In this document: piece by piece, positions 24,601 through 37,333 of the stretch
Layout of the letters: every line of letters begins with the position of its first letter
Position numbering within the stretch: position 1 is the first letter of the stretch
From: Takakia lepidozioides
Taxonomy: Eukaryota; Plantae; Bryophyta
DNA: 64,000 nt
Direction of reading: 5' to 3'
NCBI GenBank assembly: GCA_030704615.1
Contig: CM060731.1
Coordinates: 95,108,001 to 95,172,000, forward strand
Notes under the pieces: generated by a model
Told to the model about the DNA's origin: nothing
The model's database searches: none
What the model saw: only the letters and a program-made list of their open reading frames with translations
Made by a program: the position numbers and the translations under genes

Positions 24601-26753
24601 TTGCCGACTACAACGAGCCTACAGATTTTTTTTCGACCGCTACTTCCCACACCCAATTTGTTGTATGGCATATGCGAAGGGTGGGTGAATTACAATGACA
24701 ATTATGTACCTGTACAGGAGCCTGCAAGCTGGTAAAGTTCCACCAGGCTGCTCAGTAATTGGCCAACTGTGGGCAAGCCCATCCTTCATCTCGCACCAGA
24801 ATAGCTCCTTCCAGAACTTGAGGCGGAAATCGTCCACCCAGACAGAGAGGGTCTTCAGAGTGGGAGCCTCTTCTAGGGTTGGCAGCTGCAGGAACCCTTT
24901 CTGAACCAGCATGGCCAACTGCCGCTCTGCTTCCTCCTTTTGCTGCGAGTCCACCACGTCAATTATTAGAGATGAGAAATTGCAACAATAACTGTAACAT
25001 GAAGCCACCACCAGTATTGCCAACATCTCACCTGGAACCACCATGTCATTTTGTCGCACCACAAGCCAAACACGACATCTGTGGGAGCATGGGGGAATTT
25101 TCCATTTTTGCGGGTTGTGGAGTCAAAATTCCACAGCTTCAACCATAAAATCTTCTCCTTCGGGCTGACCTCACTCGTGGCAAGCATCTGCAACTTCTCA
25201 AGAGTCATTTCCGGCTTCTGATTGACGGCAAGAGACTCGTAATGCATGGTTATCTAAAAAAGAAAGCCAATTCCGAGTGCAGTATCGCAGATGGAAGAAT
25301 ATTTGCGATTTTGGTGTACCACTTCGTCCTGTGCACCTGGAAATCGCTAGCCAGTTTCTTCCGGATGAGGTCAGTCTTCTCAACGGTGGCAGGCAGGTGG
25401 GCATGGGCATCCAAGCAGGTGTTTCCAATTCTACGGAATCCCTCCTGACCCATATACTCTATGAGGGCGTCCTGCGACATTGTCATCCAATTCCCATCCC
25501 GTTTGTTCAAGCACTTCTCGTAGACATCCGCTGGAAGAGCTGATTGGTACTACTCAACATGTGTAGTTGCGCACTTTTGGAAGTAGAATAGCTTGTGCGG
25601 AAGCTCGTTGGACACATTTCCACGATCTGTCACGCTGCAAAACGCACGGAACAAGACCTTCATGTGACCATGGACCTTATTGAAATTCGTGAAAGAAAGT
25701 ATTACCTACAAAACTCAGCAGGGATTTTAGGGTTTAGGGTGGGCTCCATGGTATAGTCGGCGCAGACCATACTTTTAGCGAGGCGGTTCTCAACAGAGGC
25801 ATTCTGGGCATCTTCTCTGAACTCCCTCCCAGCATGCAATACTTCCGACTCCATCTCACACTACATGTCTAATTAATGAATTGGTCCACGAAGCACCCAC
25901 TGGGACTACTTATGCAAGACATGCAACCCCCATGCAAACGTGATCCCCGAATTGCTAAACCCTATACCTATGCTCATGTGAGCAGAAGTGGGTTCATTGC
26001 ACGTCGTATAAGCCCCAGATCGGAACTCTTCACATCCATAATCTTGGCGTTCACCCGGGTAGTGCCAGCTTGCGTCGTCTGCGTGTTCTTTATGTCTTCC
26101 TCAAATGCAGCATCCGCTGCCTGCCAATGTTCAGACCATACATCCCGATCTCCTTGTTGGATTTCTTGGCTCTGTCCACCGTCATCGTTGATATCGTTGA
26201 TGGAAAATAGCAGTGATGCAAGTGCATCATTGTACCTGTTCGCCTCAGAATACAACTTGAGCTTGTTGTTGCCTGGGCGCTCAACCATGCGCACAGCCGG
26301 GAGGGGCTGCATCCTACATAATGGTATCATTGGCGGAGCACCATTCCACAGCAAGTGCAAAATAGAACTCATTGTGTGGTTCATGGCACTTGTAGTGAGT
26401 GAGAGTAGGGCTTGCTTGCGCATGTCGCCAGTCAAAACAACGTCCGCCAGCACGGTGTCTTGCACACTTGCAGCATTTTGAACATGTCCGCCTCTCTGTG
26501 CGCTCGTTGCTGGACCTGGGGATGCACCGCTTCAAAAAACGGGGGAGAGGGGAGGACGATCCATCGACGGTGTGGCCGCTGTAGACACCAAACCGCCTTC
26601 CTGTGAAGTTGTTGATTTCTTGCGAAGTTTCACTAGTTTTTTTGGAGGTCTAGCACCCTCGCTGCTCTGTTGGGAGACCACCATCCGCCCGCGCAGTATG
26701 CGTGTCTGCGTGGGCAGCACAAACTCCCCCTCTTCCTCCGCTTGAGGCTCCAT
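21665..26753 (-). pseudogene. E1 ParB-like + beta-class N4C/N6A methyltransferase-like gene (multi-exon, stops and frameshifts)
   Basis: IPLCRMQ (start of ParB-like domain), KEKILWLKLWN, DLVMVDLPDG (motif IV position), DDGCLVIF and RGAREKSPKLMQSFMEMCSPEGGTVLDLTAGCGSSMVAATICGRHLLALE (motifs X-I-II), then an acidic tail. Colinear with the E2 copy. Confidence 0.8.
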
Positions 26754-28516
26754 GACGACGACGTTCCACTGCTCGAAAATAGAAAGGGAAGCCCAAGAGT
26801 CGGGCACTGCAGAGGAGAATCCGCTTGACCGTATGCACTACCAAACCCGGAAAGGGATGAGAACCCGTCCTACGCGGGCCGTAACGTATGCCTACAAAAT
26901 TGAGGTAGTGCGGCGACGCCACGCAGCCGGCTGCACGCCGTAACCGGACTATGTGCCACATGGCCCGCGCCAAAATTCAAATAGCAATAACGGATGAAAA
27001 ATTGAATCCCATCCATGGAAGCACGCCATCCGTTGTCATCCGATGTGGGTGTTAAATGTGCGTCGAATGAACTCCATCCAAACCTACGTGAGGAATATGA
27101 AATGGCTAGCACATCCCCAAAATTGAGAAATAGCCTCCTGCCGCGCCGCTAGACGACTCAGTCATTTCCGACACGTGGTCTGGACTCCATCCAAATAGTT
27201 TGGGATGAGAAATATAAGAGGAATGAATGGTAAAATTTATGTTGACTCGAACGCTGTCAATGTCAGTATCCGCGAATCTCTTCCGGGTGCAATGGGGGTC
27301 CGGGTTTGCAGAACGTCATCCTAAATGGTATAATCAACTTCTAATATCCGAACTCCATATCCGAACTTCATATCCCCGAATCTTAATATCCTTTGCAGGG
27401 TCGTGGAAGTTTCTGGAGGAGCAGAAATTCTGAGTCAGAGAGCACATATTCCGGATGTGAATGATCGATTGACAACCACACAGTCGGGAAATGCCCTCCG
27501 CAAGAATTGGTCGGCGCCGACCATACTCTATAATGCCTTTGAAGAGGATGTGTTCACTGTCTATAACTCTGTAAATTTATACGAATTTCAATAATTCCAT
27601 AAGGTCGGTGCCGACTTGGATTTCATTGACTGCCTCCAAGCGGCGCAATCCGCCACAACATGTGCCAATTTCCGTAGTCGGCGCCGACTACACCCTCACA
27701 ATGCGGGAAATGCTTTTAATTTCATCCCAGTATCTTCCAATATTTCAAATCGAATGTGCACATTGAAGGAAAATTGAAGGTCGGTCCCGACTACAAGCAC
27801 ATTTAAGCCAAAAAATCAGTTGGAAGGCAAATTTGTGCGTTCGTAAGGAAGTCGGCAGCGAGTATAGTGCATTAATGGAAAGCGCTTGCCGATTTAAACA
27901 ATAGTCGCTGCCGACTATTCCGTTCGCAAGCCAATTTGCCAAAAAAGCCACATGAAATGAACATCTTTAGTGACCTTGGCAGATCTGTTGGCCGACTTCA
28001 ACAATAACTGGTATAGTCGCCAACGACTACTCCGATTTGTCTTCCAATTCTATTAAATCTGCCTGATCCGTCGCCGGAATTTATTTCAACTGTATGAAGT
28101 CGGTACCGACTACGGAAGAAAACCTGTCCCACTAACTATTTCACAATGTTCATGCCTTTCAAATAGGCGTGGTCGGCAACGACAATAAGGCATCCCCCTG
28201 TCGCGTAGAACAAATTCACATGAAGAGGAGGTTAATGGTTGTTTCGAAATGGCCGTTGCCAGCTGAACGTGCCGCCGCTAGTTGATGCGCAGACAGTTTT
28301 CATCCGACCTAAGATCCATTAAAGACTCATTTTGCATTTATTTCTTACCGTTGTTGACGTACAGTTCGTTAGGAAATTGTAAACTGCGTTACATGCTTGC
28401 AACAGCTCATGTGCTCCTCATCTGCCCCAATGCTCATACACTGGGTACATTCGGCAGAGTACTCCAGTTTGTACGTCAGAGTCCCGGACAGTGACACGGG
28501 CTTGAAGCAGCCGAAC

Positions 28517-31500
28517 ATGGAACGGTTCGTGAGGCTGCAATGTCCACCGTCCTCCGATCTTGTGAAGGTGAAGGCACAGGGAGACCAGGGGTTCCTGCTT
28601 GACAAAGTAATACTTGGAAGGTTCAATCTGGACCTCTCTCTTGTTGTTGAGGAGGAGGACATCAGTGTTGGGGGCGTCACCAAAACCTGCATCTTGGATC
28701 CAGTTCGAGACGTCGGGAACAAGTCTTGGGTTCTGCCATTTACAGGTGAGGTTGTATACAAAGTATTTGGTGTCCGAGCTACGACAGACAGGCTGTCGAC
28801 CACTCGTGAGCATCCTACTCTGGCTTCCGTCCGTGGTGCTAATGTGGTGCAAACTGAGAGCATTGAGCTTTCTAGTGGCAACAACGATGAATGTGTGGTT
28901 ATTAGATCCAGTACTGGAAGGCGGGAGAGCACTCCGGGAATATCTGCTTCACCTCCACAGAAATTGCGCCGAGGGGAGTTTATGGGCAACAACACTAAAT
29001 TCGCACAGCCCGCTCAATCTATACTGGATGTGCTGAAGCTTCTGCACCTAGACTCCAAATCGCAGCTTGGAAGGATAAATTTTGAAAATGTTGAAGCGAG
29101 GAAGTGAGATGCTTGCCGAGGATTGTCGACGGTGATGTTTTGTATGAGCTGCCGCCCACATCGAACACATCTCTAGCTGGGCAGCTTGAGGGCATGGACC
29201 GCAAGTACAACGGGAATCCATGGATGGTCACAAAAACAACCAATATAAAGCTCCCACTCATTGGTTCAAAAGGCGGCGCTGTGAGGTGATGTTTCCATTT
29301 CCAGTAGTGGACATTGCCATACGACTTTTTGTAGTCGGTGTAGACTTACATTGTTTGTCCACGTAGTGCCACGATCGTAGTCGAGTACTAACCAACTTTC
29401 ACATGGCAGATATGTTTACTGTGTTGGAGCGTTGAGGTGCGTACGGGGAACGTGCCCATTCTTCGTCAGGGAGGGAGCGCACAATGAGATGCACTGGTTG
29501 GGGCACTCTGAGGTATAGTTCAAGCCACAGAGCCAAGTTCCGCCAAACACCTTTGTATGCGCAATGTGCAATCATGCACCCACGTGCATGCATATTTGCC
29601 CCGCGAAAATGTTTTACGTCCTTGGTCCACCAACAATGACAAGAGCAGCCGTCCATGTTGGGAACCACTCACACCCCTCTACACCTGGGCTATGTCGGGA
29701 AGCAGCAGCAAAGGCAAAAAGTGCCATTGCAAAAGAGATCCAAATGTCACCCTCAACCAGGCCCAAATCAGTTCAGCTATCTTTTGCTGAATCTATTATA
29801 ATGGAGAAGGTGTTATCTCCTGGTGCAACGGAGAGTTGGAAGCTATCTGATGAGCAATTTGAGGAGCTCATGGAAGAAGTGGGTGCAGTGAGCAGATGTG
29901 GTGTTCGTTACGAGACACAGAAGACAAAAGCGGCAATGGGGATTGGGAGCAATGTGGAAGCGTTAATGACAATGAAAAGTTGGAGCGGGTACGACTATAT
30001 CCAGGGGAGCCGTTTTCCAGGTCAAGGGAGTGTGGACGAGAGATGCTTTGTCTTCAAGATGTCAACTGTTGGTAAAGGCTGTGAAGTCCATTTGGTGGAC
30101 ATGATGCGGGTCGGTGGTGAGCTGGGGTCGAGTTGGATTATGTTCGACAACGTCAAACGAATACACGGTTGGAGCACAATGGCGTGTCACGTGTACCATT
30201 TGAATTACCAGAAGATTATGACAATCGCAATCTGTGAAATGAAATCGGAGGATACAGCATCACAAGTGATTATGTGGGAATGCATCAACGATCAGATACG
30301 AAGAGCGGGGAAGGGCCAACCACATTTTCGAGGATTCATGGCGACAATGCAAATGCCAACTGGGCTGCTATGCGTATGGTGTATGGCGGAGGGGAACCTA
30401 TGCCTGATCGAGAAAAGACATGTGGCTTCCATTGGGGCCAGAGCTTGGACAAATGGAAGAAAAAATATGTATTGCAGGACCTTCAGAAAGCACATATACA
30501 GCTAGTTGTGTACGAAATGGAGAGCAGCAAGTTCTGAGGCGGAAGCAGAGGTTTCGTTTGTGGCAATCCGTGCCTGGTGGTCCTCCTCCGGTGCCATGCG
30601 AGACGATGACGTTCATGCGCTGGAAAGCTGGCTGTCGTGGTGGACATACCGATACTACCAATTGGGAGCATATGTTCGCAATGTAAGTCTTCGGTTTCTC
30701 CAAACACTGTATATGCACTTCTGTGATGCCGCTCACATGAGCGAACCTAGTGTCGTAGTCGGCACCGACCAGAGCATTACATCTCTGGAACGTGATGCAT
30801 TCGTTAGGCTATATTTCTACCAAGTGCGTTACTCGCATGATCCTCCGCTCACATGAGCACGTCATAAGTTTAAGTAGAACGGTTTCCACTCGACGCTTTT
30901 ATACATTGCCGAATATGCAGAACTGACATGATATGAAGTTAAACCATATAGTCTACAACGACTATTGCACCCGTCATTCGTACATGCTCCTTTTACTGCA
31001 GAATATTTGCACCCACAGGGTACAAGTACCGTATAGTCTGCAACGACTATATGGGATTGAGATATTTTCACAGACTGGTAATTCCACATGTGTTATATTG
31101 GTTTGGTCACATTTGAGGGTAAATGAAAAAGGGGCATAGTCGGCAACGACTATGCCACCGGGAAAGTAAAGCGGTTCATGCATTTGGCCTGTACTAATAG
31201 TCTGTAGCGACTATGGCTTGGTTGTTCAATGTTTCAGGGTCAATTACTGAAACATGGGTGTCTTTTTATGAGACTGCTCGTATAGTCAGCAATGACTATC
31301 TACGAGACGGACACTTTGGCAAAAATGGCACGTCCATGAAATGGGCGAAACAACGTGTCATCCGTTGGATGGACGAAGGCTTATGCAAATTTGTGGATTT
31401 CCCGCCTATCCCCGGACATGGGAGACTGACATCGACTGACATCCTTGCCACGGCTGGAGCTTCATGGCTATGGCAGGGGACAAGGCAGAAACAGAGCGTC

Positions 31501-33700
31501 GAGCTCCACTAGCTATGGTAGCGAAGGAGCGAAGTTCTTAGAAGCTGTGAAGCTGCAAGGCGCAGCTGCAGGGCACTAAGGTGCGGCATAGCCAGTGGAA
31601 CAATCGCGCGGTATTCTCACCAGGAGCCCATTGATGTCGATTTTTTTTCTTCTATTATCCTAGTTTCTGTATTGACGTGCATAGCCTCAAGTTTTAGAAC
31701 TTTTTCTTTTTGTTAGGCATGCAAAAGAGTTGCACAATGTAAGCTCTAGTATATGGCTACAGTTTTGGAGTTGCTGCTGTTGATATGCTTCCCTGTGAGC
31801 AAATATAGTTCAGAAGGCAATGAACAATATTCTATTGCAGTTGTAAGTGTTGTTGGGGATTTAGGTTGAGTCTGTTCTTGTATGAAGAGGCCTAACAATG
31901 TGTTTGTGGCATGTTGGAAGGGACATGGCAGGGCAATGCTTGGTGATTGAATGAAGCATTCGGGTTTGTAAGGGCAAGGTCCATACACAACTAGTTCCCA
32001 GCCAGTAAGACAACACAAAGAGGTATTACAAACACTTCACTTACAAAATCATTGTAAGCTTGGACACGAGGCTAGGGCTGTCATTGCTGGGGCCATGACC
32101 TTTGTCTTCTCTTTTTTGTGTCATGTAAAATTTTTGAACACGTAGGGCAGCTGAACTGTAGCAAAACTGTCAGTACTCAGCTGAATAGCTGAATGTCAGT
32201 ATTCAGCTGTTACAGCTGAACTGTAAAGAGAGGGGGCAATCAGAGGACAATCTTTGGGCACCAGACGTGGCTTTGGATACAGCCCTAGGCTATAGCTCTA
32301 CTCCCATTCCAAGGATAGTACATTATGTACTCATCGTGTCGTTATAGTCTGTACCAACTACGTTCCTGCCGCCTGCTTGTTAGATAATAAGCAAATTTTC
32401 TGTGTTTTTAGTACAAAGCCTGCTGAATATGACGTTATCGTATAGTCTGTGTATGGTCAATGGTCCAGCACTGTCTATGGTGCCTATAGTCTGCACTGAC
32501 CTTAGCCTTATCGGTGGAATATTATCGGATGTCGTATCTTGTCGGACTTGTGGTCGGCGGCGACTATGCGGTTATGTTGTTCAATTTGGTCCTCCACTGA
32601 CTGTGTTGTTTAATAGTCTGCACCGACTATGCTTCAATGCTGATTTGTACATATGTACTGCAGGATTTGGAGCTAGAAGATAACGCTGCAATGCCAAATG
32701 TGAACATGTCCGAGGCTGTGCATGCGAGCTGGCAGGCCGGGAGCGGTGTATCGAAGGTCGACCTCTATACAGCCACCAGGAACGACTTGACGAGGGCAAT
32801 TATGCAATCGTCTGACTACCACAGTTATCTGAAGGGTGGACCAAAGGGTTCTGGACTCGACCGGGCATAACTACTAGCCCGTGTTGCATCGCAATTGTCT
32901 GATCCAGCTAAAATGGCAGAAGCGGTCAGGTCTCTCGTAGATGGCACTGAGCTTCATGGACAAAATCCAGGGCTTGAGGGTGATCTCCTAACTCAAACAA
33001 CAAAACGGAAGATTGTTCACGGTAACTTGCACGAAGAGGAACATGTTCACTCCTGGAGGTCTGACTTAAACCTCCGAACGATACCGAGGCGTCGTAAAGG
33101 TGCTAGTGGACCAAGAGTGTCCACATGCACTACTGACATGTCCGTGGAGACTTTGGAGGATGATCTTCCAGTTCAGAACAAAAAACCAGTTTTGGAGTCG
33201 GCTGTGTCCACGGCATGCTGGCACATAGCACGAACTTCTAACACATCATGGGTGAAGTGCTGGGCAGTGCGCTCCGACAGTGGGAAGCCTTGCAAACAGG
33301 AAATCAGTCCACTCCAGAGTTTGGGTGTTCCGGCTCCGAGGTTTGTTGGTCGGCACCACCCTCCTGCCCTGGTGAAGCCGAAGATGATGGAGATTTGGCA
33401 CTGCCCAACAGACATCGTCTACTGTGTTGGTGGCGAATCGAGCTAGTATGTATTGGACAGACTTGATACTCCGGACGTTTGGCCTGTGATGGTTGGGATG
33501 AACCTAAGTCAGGCAAAGGTTGACTCTTTCACAAAAGCAGACTTTCGACTTGTTCCCCCAGATGACGTGGGTATTTCCCAAGGTGAATGGGACTGTGTTG
33601 CGGAAGATATCAATAATCTGGATCCGGACTCGTACGCGACGAAAGATGGGACAGAGTATACCGGCGGAAGAAACGGTCAGCAACCGCTCGTAATATCCAT
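28517..33700 (+). pseudogene. E1 MULE transposase (GCM-type DNA-binding domain + DDE), degraded
   Basis: GMDRKYNGNPW, HVGNHSHP (GCM-like), WIMFDNVKR, CGFHW and NMSEAVH. Colinear with the E2 transposase. Introns near 29285-29410 and 30683-32663; several frameshifts and stops; SWIM region not found. Confidence 0.85.
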
Positions 33701-34486
33701 CTTCTTTCACTTAATTCTTGTAGTCTATGCCGACTACAAGACATGGGCGTCCCGAATATACAATCTTGCCAACAACATTTCCTAACACACAAATTATTCA
33801 CACACCGGAATTTGTTGCTGACATGGCCAAAACAACGTGCACCAAAATAACTGTCATGGAAATTAATATTCCCATGGGTTCACAGTTGTTTGTGTGAAGC
33901 ATGGATGTTGTGCCATCGAGCTCATCTACTTGAAATCATTGAAGTCGGTGTCGACTATAAGGACGTGAGACTGCATTTGTGAGAGGAAATACCTTCTGCA
34001 GTTGAAATGAGTTTCGCTGGTTCCATATTGGGGATGAAATAAAACTGATAAAAAATGTACCTTATTCACGTTTGCCGGAACCTGCATATCTGTTCTGATC
34101 TCTTTGTGGTCGTTGCCGACTACCTACATTGTAATAGATCCGGATGAGGGCTGCGAGGCAATGTCCATACACCTCAACGCATGTTCACAAACATCGTATT
34201 TTTCATTTCAGAAACTCGGAGCGGATTCTTAAAGTTGTTGCCGACTTTAAGGGTACTAGGGAAACATCAAATGACGTGTCCAACCACTTTCCAACTGAAC
34301 AAAACAGTTAAAGCACAACACTCCATTCAAAATTTTGAAAATAGAAGCCAAAGTACAAAACGTCAAAGAGGTACAATTTCTTTTATTCTTGATAGTCATT
34401 GCCGACCTCAATGATTATAGCCTCATTTATCCACTTCTATGTCATGAATTACATATAAGTTTTCTTTCTGCAGTGACTACAATGTC

Positions 34487-35014
34487 TCAGATCCTATTGC
34501 GGCAAACAAGGCATGACCCGTTTCGAAGCAGCCACCCTTCAATGCATATAGAGTGAAAGGAATGGCCGCACTCACTGAGAATACGGACTGACTCGCCCTC
34601 TACTGGACAGTCTTGGCAAACAGTGCATCGTTCGTTTGTTGTTGGACATGTTTCTTCTGCGATAACAAACTCCATTGAATGCATTTCAATGATTTCTATG
34701 CTTGCCCCTGTCCATCGCAAATCATCCTCTGCATATACCTCCATCTCCTCACCTTCCCCATCAGTATCCATGTGCTCATCTTCATCGTCGTCATTGTCTT
34801 CGTCGTCAGAATCCGCAGTGGAGTCCCCTGCTGAAGGGCCGTTCCCATTGACGGTCTGCTGAAGCACCATTGCCTCATCATTTTTGTGCTTGGCAAGGTA
34901 CTCGGCGATATCGTCTATAAAGGGAGCCCACCATGAAGTCAATGCAGGCCTGTCCTCCCCATTTCCACTGACACCACTACTGTTGGCGCCTACATTAGAA
35001 GAGCTCGCGTCCAT
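34487..35014 (-). CDS. RING-H2 finger protein (ATL-like RING), cargo of E1, 175 aa
   Basis: Open frame from MDASSSNVG with an acidic tract and CTVCQDCPVEGESVRILSECGHSFHSICIEGWLLRNGSCLVCR (C3H2C3). Confidence 0.8.
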   Translation of the reverse strand: MDASSSNVGANSSGVSGNGEDRPALTSWWAPFIDDIAEYLAKHKNDEAMVLQQTVNGNGPSAGDSTADSDDEDNDDDEDEHMDTDGEGEEMEVYAEDDLRWTGASIEIIEMHSMEFVIAEETCPTTNERCTVCQDCPVEGESVRILSECGHSFHSICIEGWLLRNGSCLVCRNRI

Positions 35015-35986
35015 CTTATCTAAGAACGGACTATCCAAAAACACAATTGATTGGAAGAGAAAGTGACCCCAAACAGTGTGCTTGTAGTCGTTGCAGACTA
35101 CAAGTGACAGCCAGCTGAAAGCGCTGCTGTCATTGACAAAAGGTAGTAAGCGTTGAACAGCAGCCCTTCTGTTGAAAGAGAAAGTGGCAGAGAGCAATGT
35201 GCTTGTAGTCGTTGCAGACTACAAGTAGCCATGTACGCTAAGTCGCTTTCGCTCGTGACAAAACCTGGTAGGCGTCGAACAACATATCCTCTATTATTTT
35301 GGAGCTTTCGGTTGTTTCAAAATAAGTTTCTTAATGCCGCTGTAGATACCATTCCACTGTCCACTTTCCACCTCGCCGATACTTTTTCCTTCTTTTTTGT
35401 TTGTAGCCGTTTGCACTTCCAATATCATCGTGGGACGTTTCAGAAGAATCTTCTGTCTATATTTGTAATGGATGACATGCTCTGCATGATCAGTTTTGTT
35501 CTGTTTAGGTCTCGAGTTCAACTTCCTGTGCATGCCATAAACAAGAATGCTTGCATGTTACAGTGGTGATTCAGGGCTCAAATGTCATTCCCGCCATATT
35601 TATTAATTAACAATATGCAATCTCCCACATGTGAACTACCTGCTCATACTAACTACACTTCATGCCTTCCATTAATTTTTATAGAATTTTTTTATAGTGT
35701 ACCTATTCCCGCGGACTTTCTACCGTGCCCCTATTCTCGCGGGTATTTGCCCCCAAACCTCTCGGCCCAGAGTCTGTAATCGGCAACGACTACATAGGTT
35801 CGGCAACTACCGAACCTAATTTTGAGTAACCGAACCTACGGAATGTTGCACTTACTGATGGTGCACCTGCCCTTTTTCGACTTCAAAAGCTGTCGAATTG
35901 CGGTTGAAAATCCAAATATCGAGGAATATTCCTTGGATATTTGGCTGCTCATGCTCATGCTCACCGCTCATGCAAAGTACACACCC

Positions 35987-36354
35987 TTAGCATGACATGG
36001 AACACATTTAGCAATGAAAGCTGAAACATCCTTCACCAAGCCCTTCCAATGATATTGTTCTTGTAATCTTTTGACTGTCTTAGCAACTCCCAGATGACCA
36101 GCGTAAGTAGATGCATGGTACAGCTCAAAGCAAGGCCCAGGAACAGCGGACCTAGGAGGGACTTCCACAGCAGATTGGCCTTCCAAAGCATCAAGTTTGA
36201 ACAAACGCCCTTCACTTTTCCGGTGGGTAGGGAAGTGATAGTTAACTTGCCTCATAAGTAGCTTGGATATGCCACTTAAGTAGGTGCCGGCTTTGCACCT
36301 ATGGAGAAGAGCTTCGTAAAGTGGGTCATCCATGTTTACAACCTTCATGGCCAC
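35987..36354 (-). pseudogene. Integrase N-terminal HHCC zinc-binding part (5' half, split by E1)
   Basis: YHASTYAGHLGVAKTVKRLQEQYHWKGLVKDVSAFIAKCVPCH; joins 20903 in frame across the TSD. Confidence 0.88.
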
Positions 36355-37267
36355 ATAGCAACGGTTAGAGAAGGTGAAATGGAAAGTGGCCGCCCCCGTG
36401 TTCTTCCCTTCATGAATCCTGTCATCCTTTGAGAGGCTGCCTATGAAGGTGCATGCAGGCCTTAATGAACAGCTCAGTCGCTTGGTCTATAATCAGAAAC
36501 AGGTAAGAGATGGTAGAAAAATGAACCAGGCGTAGGTAAGGGACTGACTGACCCCAACTGTGGGTCTGCAACACTTAATGCAGGCTAGTACCAGTGGCAA
36601 TTTAATGAACATCAAATTGAGCTAGATCCCAAGCATCAAGTAAATCAGCAGGGACATATGGGAAATCCAAGAGGTGACAGAGTGCCAATGGGTCAGGAAC
36701 AGCAGAAGCTGAAGCAGGTTTGGCTGTTGGAGAGGAAACCAAAAAGAGGTAGCCTATACTATATGCGCACACAAATGCATGCATATGGAGGAATGTATGC
36801 GTGCATATAAATTTTAGATATGCATAGGAACAATTTTATATGCACAACACTTAAATAAGGGTACCCAAAAAAAAAAAAAAAAAAATGTGATTCATCTAAT
36901 CTTAGGGTCCATAGTCAAAATATCAAAGGATGGAATAAGAATATTCTATATAGAATATTCCATATTCATTGTATTATTATTCCACATGGGTGAGTGTAGG
37001 AATGGGAGAGGAACATGTTGCTTTTATGGCTTTCCAACATGAGAAAAAAAGTCGAAAAATTAAAAAGTGACGAGGCACGGCTCCTTGTTAGATACAAATG
37101 GTGAAGGTACGGGCTCTTCCAATGGTGGGAGTCTAGTTTGAAGTTCAAAATGGAGCAATGCTAAGGGAATGCTAGGGAGCTTGACAATGCTAGGGAGCTT
37201 GTTACATAGGTTTTGCAGTATCTATATATCTATCTTCTGAAATATTTTTATTTTACAAAAACATAAT

Positions 37268-37333
37268 GTCCATCAGAGATAGAACCCACAACCTATCGGG
37301 TATCAAGCCTAGTTCATACCACTACACTACCCA
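37268..37333 (-). other. tRNA-like (Pol III A/B box) degenerate sequence
   Basis: Reverse complement reads GGTAGTGTAGTGGTA...GGTTGTGGGTTCTATC; no full cloverleaf. Confidence 0.3.

Larger units (their letters stand above)
21109..35795. repeat. E1 dispersed palindrome family, consensus ATAGTC-GGYRCC-GACTAT (over 40 copies counted by eye)
   Basis: Examples at 23044, 23088, 24091, 24136, 24313, 27674 (perfect GTAGTCGGCGCCGACTAC), 31136 and 32613. Clustered in introns and intergenic DNA; not seen outside E1. Confidence 0.9.
20913..35986. mobile_element. E1: 15,074-bp Mutator-like element carrying ParB-MTase-like gene, transposase and RING-H2 cargo
   Basis: 9-bp TSD TTAGCATGA at 20904-20912 and 35987-35995. 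Imperfect TIRs GGGGGTTGCAAATCCATGAGCATGAGCGGTGAGC and (rc) GGGTGTGTACTTTGCATGAGCGGTGAGC. Removing the element plus one TSD restores the integrase frame (AKCVPCHAKTILPRTEAP). Confidence 0.93.

Noticed and set aside
25725-25741. Telomere-like TTTAGGGTTTAGGG
   Set aside because: Only two units; a common telo-box-like motif, not an interstitial telomere.
32073-32287. Possible MITE TAGGGCTGT...ACAGCCCTA in the E1 transposase intron
   Set aside because: Only a 9-bp inverted match and no clean 8-bp TSD.
36737-36745. TSD for E2
   Set aside because: Left flank AACCAAAAA does not match right flank (C)AGATTTCC(A), so no TSD is claimed.
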